Shown here: positions 28,944 through 32,000 of the stretch, in pieces
Position numbering within the stretch: the stretch's first letter is position 1
Layout: each line of letters begins with the position of its first letter
Source: Bacillus subtilis subsp. subtilis str. 168
GTDB lineage: Bacteria; Bacillota; Bacilli; Bacillales; Bacillaceae
Assembly: GCF_000009045.1 (NCBI RefSeq)
Contig: NC_000964.3
Location: forward strand, 3,630,001-3,662,000
Direction: 5' to 3'
DNA: 32,000 nt
The notes under the pieces: model-generated
The model's input: only the letters and a program-made list of their open reading frames with translations
What the model was told of the DNA's origin: nothing
The model's database searches: none
Program-made: the position numbers and the translations under genes

Positions 28944-28986
28944 AGTTTAGCAGACGGATGTTAATTGGATGTAAATGGTATGTTAA
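28944..28986 (-). promoter_or_regulatory. PhoP-type operator and promoter of the tua operon
   Basis: Minus strand TTAACAT-N4-TTTACAT-N4-TTAACAT (plus coordinates 28980..28986, 28969..28975, 28958..28964; exact 11-nt period) followed by TAAACT (28944..28949). Confidence 0.8.
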
Positions 28987-29081
28987 GAAGTGTGAATTAC
29001 GTGTTTTTTCTGATAAATGTTGTTAATACTCTTTTACTATTTTATATACAAGTCCTATTTGTTTTAATCATTTCATATAAA

Positions 29082-29115
29082 AAAGAGACAAATCTGTGAT
29101 TAGATTTGTCTCTTT
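29082..29115 (-). terminator. Intrinsic terminator of lytC
   Basis: AAAGAGACAAATCT-GTGATT-AGATTTGTCTCTTT perfect 14-bp arms, minus-strand T tract, 3 nt after lytC stop. Confidence 0.9.
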
Positions 29116-29118
29116 CGA

Positions 29119-30609
29119 TTATCTGTAATAAGATACTGTGCCGTCATGAATAGCTTGTGCAGCTTTATCTTTATAAACCGCTTGCTTCAATTTACTTGCA
29201 TCTGATGCATTAGTGATAAAGGCAGTTTCAACTAAAACACTCGGCATTTTAGAATATTTAATAACATAGAAAGCAGCTGTTTTTACTCCCCGGTCTCTCG
29301 TTCCAAGATTAGCCGCTAACTTTGGTTGAATTTGTTCAGCCAGTCTCTTGCTATTTGCAGCTTGATATGTTGTATCGTAGTACGTCTCACTTCCATTTGG
29401 TGATGAGCTATCATTAGCATTTGCATGTATACTGAGAAATAAATCTGCTTGTGCAGAAGCTGCTTTATTTACTCTCTCCTGTAAAGAATAAAAAGTATCA
29501 TTAGATCTTGACAGTACTGGAAGAGCACCTGAAGCATTTAGCTTTGTATTGACTCTTTTCGCTATATCAAGGTTGACTTCTTTCTCAAGGAGTCCATTGC
29601 CGATTGCTCCTGAATCTTGATCACCGTGACCCGGATCAATAAAGATTGTTTCACCTACAACTGGATTCTTTAGCTGATTAGCAACCTTTGTGCTTACGGC
29701 AGGAGTGTTTCCGATAATCATAAAGTTTGACATGTTTTTACTTCCAATAATTTTACGGGCTCCTGTAGATAAATTTTCACCATTTGTAAGAATAAGAGAT
29801 TGCTTCTTCTTAGCTGCCAGTGTAGCTCCTGCAATAGAGTCAGGGTAGCTGAATCCATTGCTTACATATACGGTGCTTGTTGATAAATTAAGTTTTTGTA
29901 CGATATTTGCAGCAAGCTCATATCTGTTTGAACCGCTAATTCTTGTAGGAGAAGGTAACTTGTTGTATACCGTATTGCTGATACTTCCAGTGCCTCCTAC
30001 AACAACGGTACTCGAAATTCCCTTATCTTTTATCACAGACGTAGTCGCACTATTTATAGATGTTTTATTTGTAAAAAGAATTGGATACCCGTTTTTCGCT
30101 GCATAAGGGATGACGGCCGGAGCGTCTGCATATAAGAAGCCGTTCAAAATAACAGCTTTTGAAGTCGCACCCATCGCTTTTGCCACCCGTGCAGCCGTAT
30201 CATAACGGTTGCTTCCTGCAATTCGTTTAATACTTATCCCCAAGCTTTTAATCTGGTTAGCAGTGTTAGAAGAAACAGCAGGTGTTCCGCCTACAATAAT
30301 TACATTTTTAGTCTGCATCTCTTTCAATCTTGTTTTCGTTTCATATGAAAGCTTATCAGAATTAGTGTAAAGCAATGGCGCATTCTTCTGGTAAGCAAGA
30401 GGTGCTGCTGAAATAGCATCTGCATAGGAACTCCCACCAACAATTACAGCTGTACTTGCTGTTGAATACATTTGCTTTGATATTTGTACAGCAGTGCCGT
30501 ATCTATTGCTTCCCCCAACTCTTTTCACTGAGTTATCGGCCAAAGCTGTTGGCACAAAAAGTATGAGCCCCAGAAAACACATTGTTAGGACTTTTATATA
30601 AGAACGCAA
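29119..30609 (-). CDS. lytC: N-acetylmuramoyl-L-alanine amidase LytC
   Basis: 496 aa, signal peptide, three CWB2 repeats, Amidase_3 domain (IFIDPGHGDQDSGAIG...LSIHANAN...VLVETAFITN). Confidence 0.98.
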   Translation of the reverse strand: MRSYIKVLTMCFLGLILFVPTALADNSVKRVGGSNRYGTAVQISKQMYSTASTAVIVGGSSYADAISAAPLAYQKNAPLLYTNSDKLSYETKTRLKEMQTKNVIIVGGTPAVSSNTANQIKSLGISIKRIAGSNRYDTAARVAKAMGATSKAVILNGFLYADAPAVIPYAAKNGYPILFTNKTSINSATTSVIKDKGISSTVVVGGTGSISNTVYNKLPSPTRISGSNRYELAANIVQKLNLSTSTVYVSNGFSYPDSIAGATLAAKKKQSLILTNGENLSTGARKIIGSKNMSNFMIIGNTPAVSTKVANQLKNPVVGETIFIDPGHGDQDSGAIGNGLLEKEVNLDIAKRVNTKLNASGALPVLSRSNDTFYSLQERVNKAASAQADLFLSIHANANDSSSPNGSETYYDTTYQAANSKRLAEQIQPKLAANLGTRDRGVKTAAFYVIKYSKMPSVLVETAFITNASDASKLKQAVYKDKAAQAIHDGTVSYYR

Positions 30610-30647
30610 TTGATTTCCTCCTTAAATGGCGTTATATCCTAAAATAA

Positions 30648-32000
30648 TCAATAACTTGTCAGAGTTGTACCTGGATAGTAAAATTTCAAAATTGAACTAT
30701 ATGAATCTCCAGCTTCTGCTCTTGCTTTTGCTCCATATTGACTCATTCCGATCCCGTGACCATATCCTTTACCGCTGATTGTGTACTTTGAAGTATCTTT
30801 TTTTACAGTCACATAAGTACTTTTAAATACAGTCGCTCCAATCATTGTTCTTAACTCACTTGTTGGTACACTAATGGTTGTAATTTTGCTCAAGTTATAG
30901 GAGCCAGTACTGCTTTTAACAAAATACTTCACTTTCATCGATGCTGTTTTTGCACGCTGCCCTTGTGTCGTTCCACTAAAGCTTAAATCGTCAATACTTG
31001 CAATTTTGACAGAATCAGCGCTTGTTTCTTTATTTTTCAAGATCCAGTTCTTAACTCCGGAAAGTCTTGCAGAATCAGTTTCAGTCGCTGAAGACCACCA
31101 AGAAGAAGGCTTCGTTAAGTCCAAAGATTTCGTATCTAGCTGTTGTTTTGACAAAGTAAGCGTCCAGCCTATTTGAGGATCCTTTGTATCTTTTTTTGCA
31201 ATCAAGTAAGGTACACTTGACGACCACACTTCATTACTAGCTTCTGTGTAACCACCATTACTGGAAGAATAAGCTGCAGTTATAAGAGATCCATTATATT
31301 TCAGAACTTTCCCCTTCGTTTGCTCTACCGCTTTATTGGTATTCGAATTCCAACTGTAGCCACCATAAACTTGAAAAGCGGTTGTATCAGGTACAGTAGT
31401 TCCTGTTTTTGTTATTGAGTAGGTTCTTGCAGCGACAGTCTGTGCTTTAAGAGCCTCAAGTGACCAGCTAGCAGGCATTTCATTCGGAATTACTCCTTTT
31501 AAGTAATCCTCAAATGGAATATTCTCATTTACCGGTCGGATATATTTAGTAGACTCAATAGAGAAATTAACCGTGCCAAGATACTGCTTTCCATCAAGAC
31601 TAATTCTGTTTGAAGTAGAATAGTTTTCTGGTTTAATTCTTAGGGAGTTTCCGTAAGTTTTGATGTTTTCAAGGTTTAATTTTCCGCTGTTGATTTTTAG
31701 ATTATAGGTGCCACCGTCAGCTAAATAAAATTCATCAGCAAGTGAATTCTCAACTTCAGCAGAAATTGAACTGGTACTTCCAATAAAGTCGTATGCATAT
31801 GTGGCTTTATCTTTCGTTATACTTTTAGCCGCAGCCGGAACGCTATCTTGTTTAACAAATAAAATTTGGCTGTTTTTCTTCGAGGCAAGCGAAGCGCCTA
31901 TCAATACGTCTGCATATTTTGTCCCGTTCGTCATTACGACTTTATCAGCCTTCAACTTTAGTTGCTTAATTATATTTGCCGTAAGTTCATATCTGGTTGA
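30648..32000 (-). CDS. lytB: LytB, SpoIID-like amidase enhancer/modifier, C-terminal part (5' end beyond window)
   Basis: Reading frame stays open to the window edge (STRYELTANIIKQLKLKADKVV...); CWB2 repeat then SpoIID domain (EDYLKGVIPNEMPASWSLEALKAQTVAARTYS...GYGHGIGMSQYGAKARAEAG). Confidence 0.95.
   Translation of the reverse strand, partial: STRYELTANIIKQLKLKADKVVMTNGTKYADVLIGASLASKKNSQILFVKQDSVPAAAKSITKDKATYAYDFIGSTSSISAEVENSLADEFYLADGGTYNLKINSGKLNLENIKTYGNSLRIKPENYSTSNRISLDGKQYLGTVNFSIESTKYIRPVNENIPFEDYLKGVIPNEMPASWSLEALKAQTVAARTYSITKTGTTVPDTTAFQVYGGYSWNSNTNKAVEQTKGKVLKYNGSLITAAYSSSNGGYTEASNEVWSSSVPYLIAKKDTKDPQIGWTLTLSKQQLDTKSLDLTKPSSWWSSATETDSARLSGVKNWILKNKETSADSVKIASIDDLSFSGTTQGQRAKTASMKVKYFVKSSTGSYNLSKITTISVPTSELRTMIGATVFKSTYVTVKKDTSKYTISGKGYGHGIGMSQYGAKARAEAGDSYSSILKFYYPGTTLTSY

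Noticed and set aside
1-32000. Defence system, prophage, CRISPR or biosynthetic island
   Set aside because: Gene order and products are all accounted for by known flagellar, competence, regulatory and cell wall polymer loci; no integrase, transposase, tRNA border or CRISPR-like repeat array was found by eye.

Overview
This window matches a conserved, core-genome stretch of Bacillus subtilis (or a very close relative). No mobile element, CRISPR array, RNA gene or obvious novel defence-type system was seen. Order: secA 5' part - hpf - small unassigned ORF - fliT - fliS - fliD - flaG - hag - csrA - fliW - yviE - flgL - flgK - flgN - flgM - yvyF - comFC - comFB - comFA - degV - degU - degS (all minus strand); yvyE - tagV (plus strand); tagO - tuaH - tuaG - tuaF - tuaE - tuaD - tuaC - tuaB - tuaA - lytC - lytB 3' part (minus strand). 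The strongest anomaly is tuaA, the priming sugar transferase of teichuronic acid synthesis. It is frameshifted by an apparent 26-nt loss in the conserved VKPG(L/I)TGW motif. Other points of interest: a terminator-like palindrome inside the small ORF between fliT and hpf; three PhoP-like boxes at exact 11-nt period upstream of tuaA; a ComK-like box pair overlapping the degV terminator; sigma-D-type promoters at hag, flaG and flgM; a sigma-B-type promoter at hpf; CsrA-type sites in the hag leader; and a leader hairpin ahead of yvyE-tagV. Family and symbol calls come from recognising the proteins, not from a database search.
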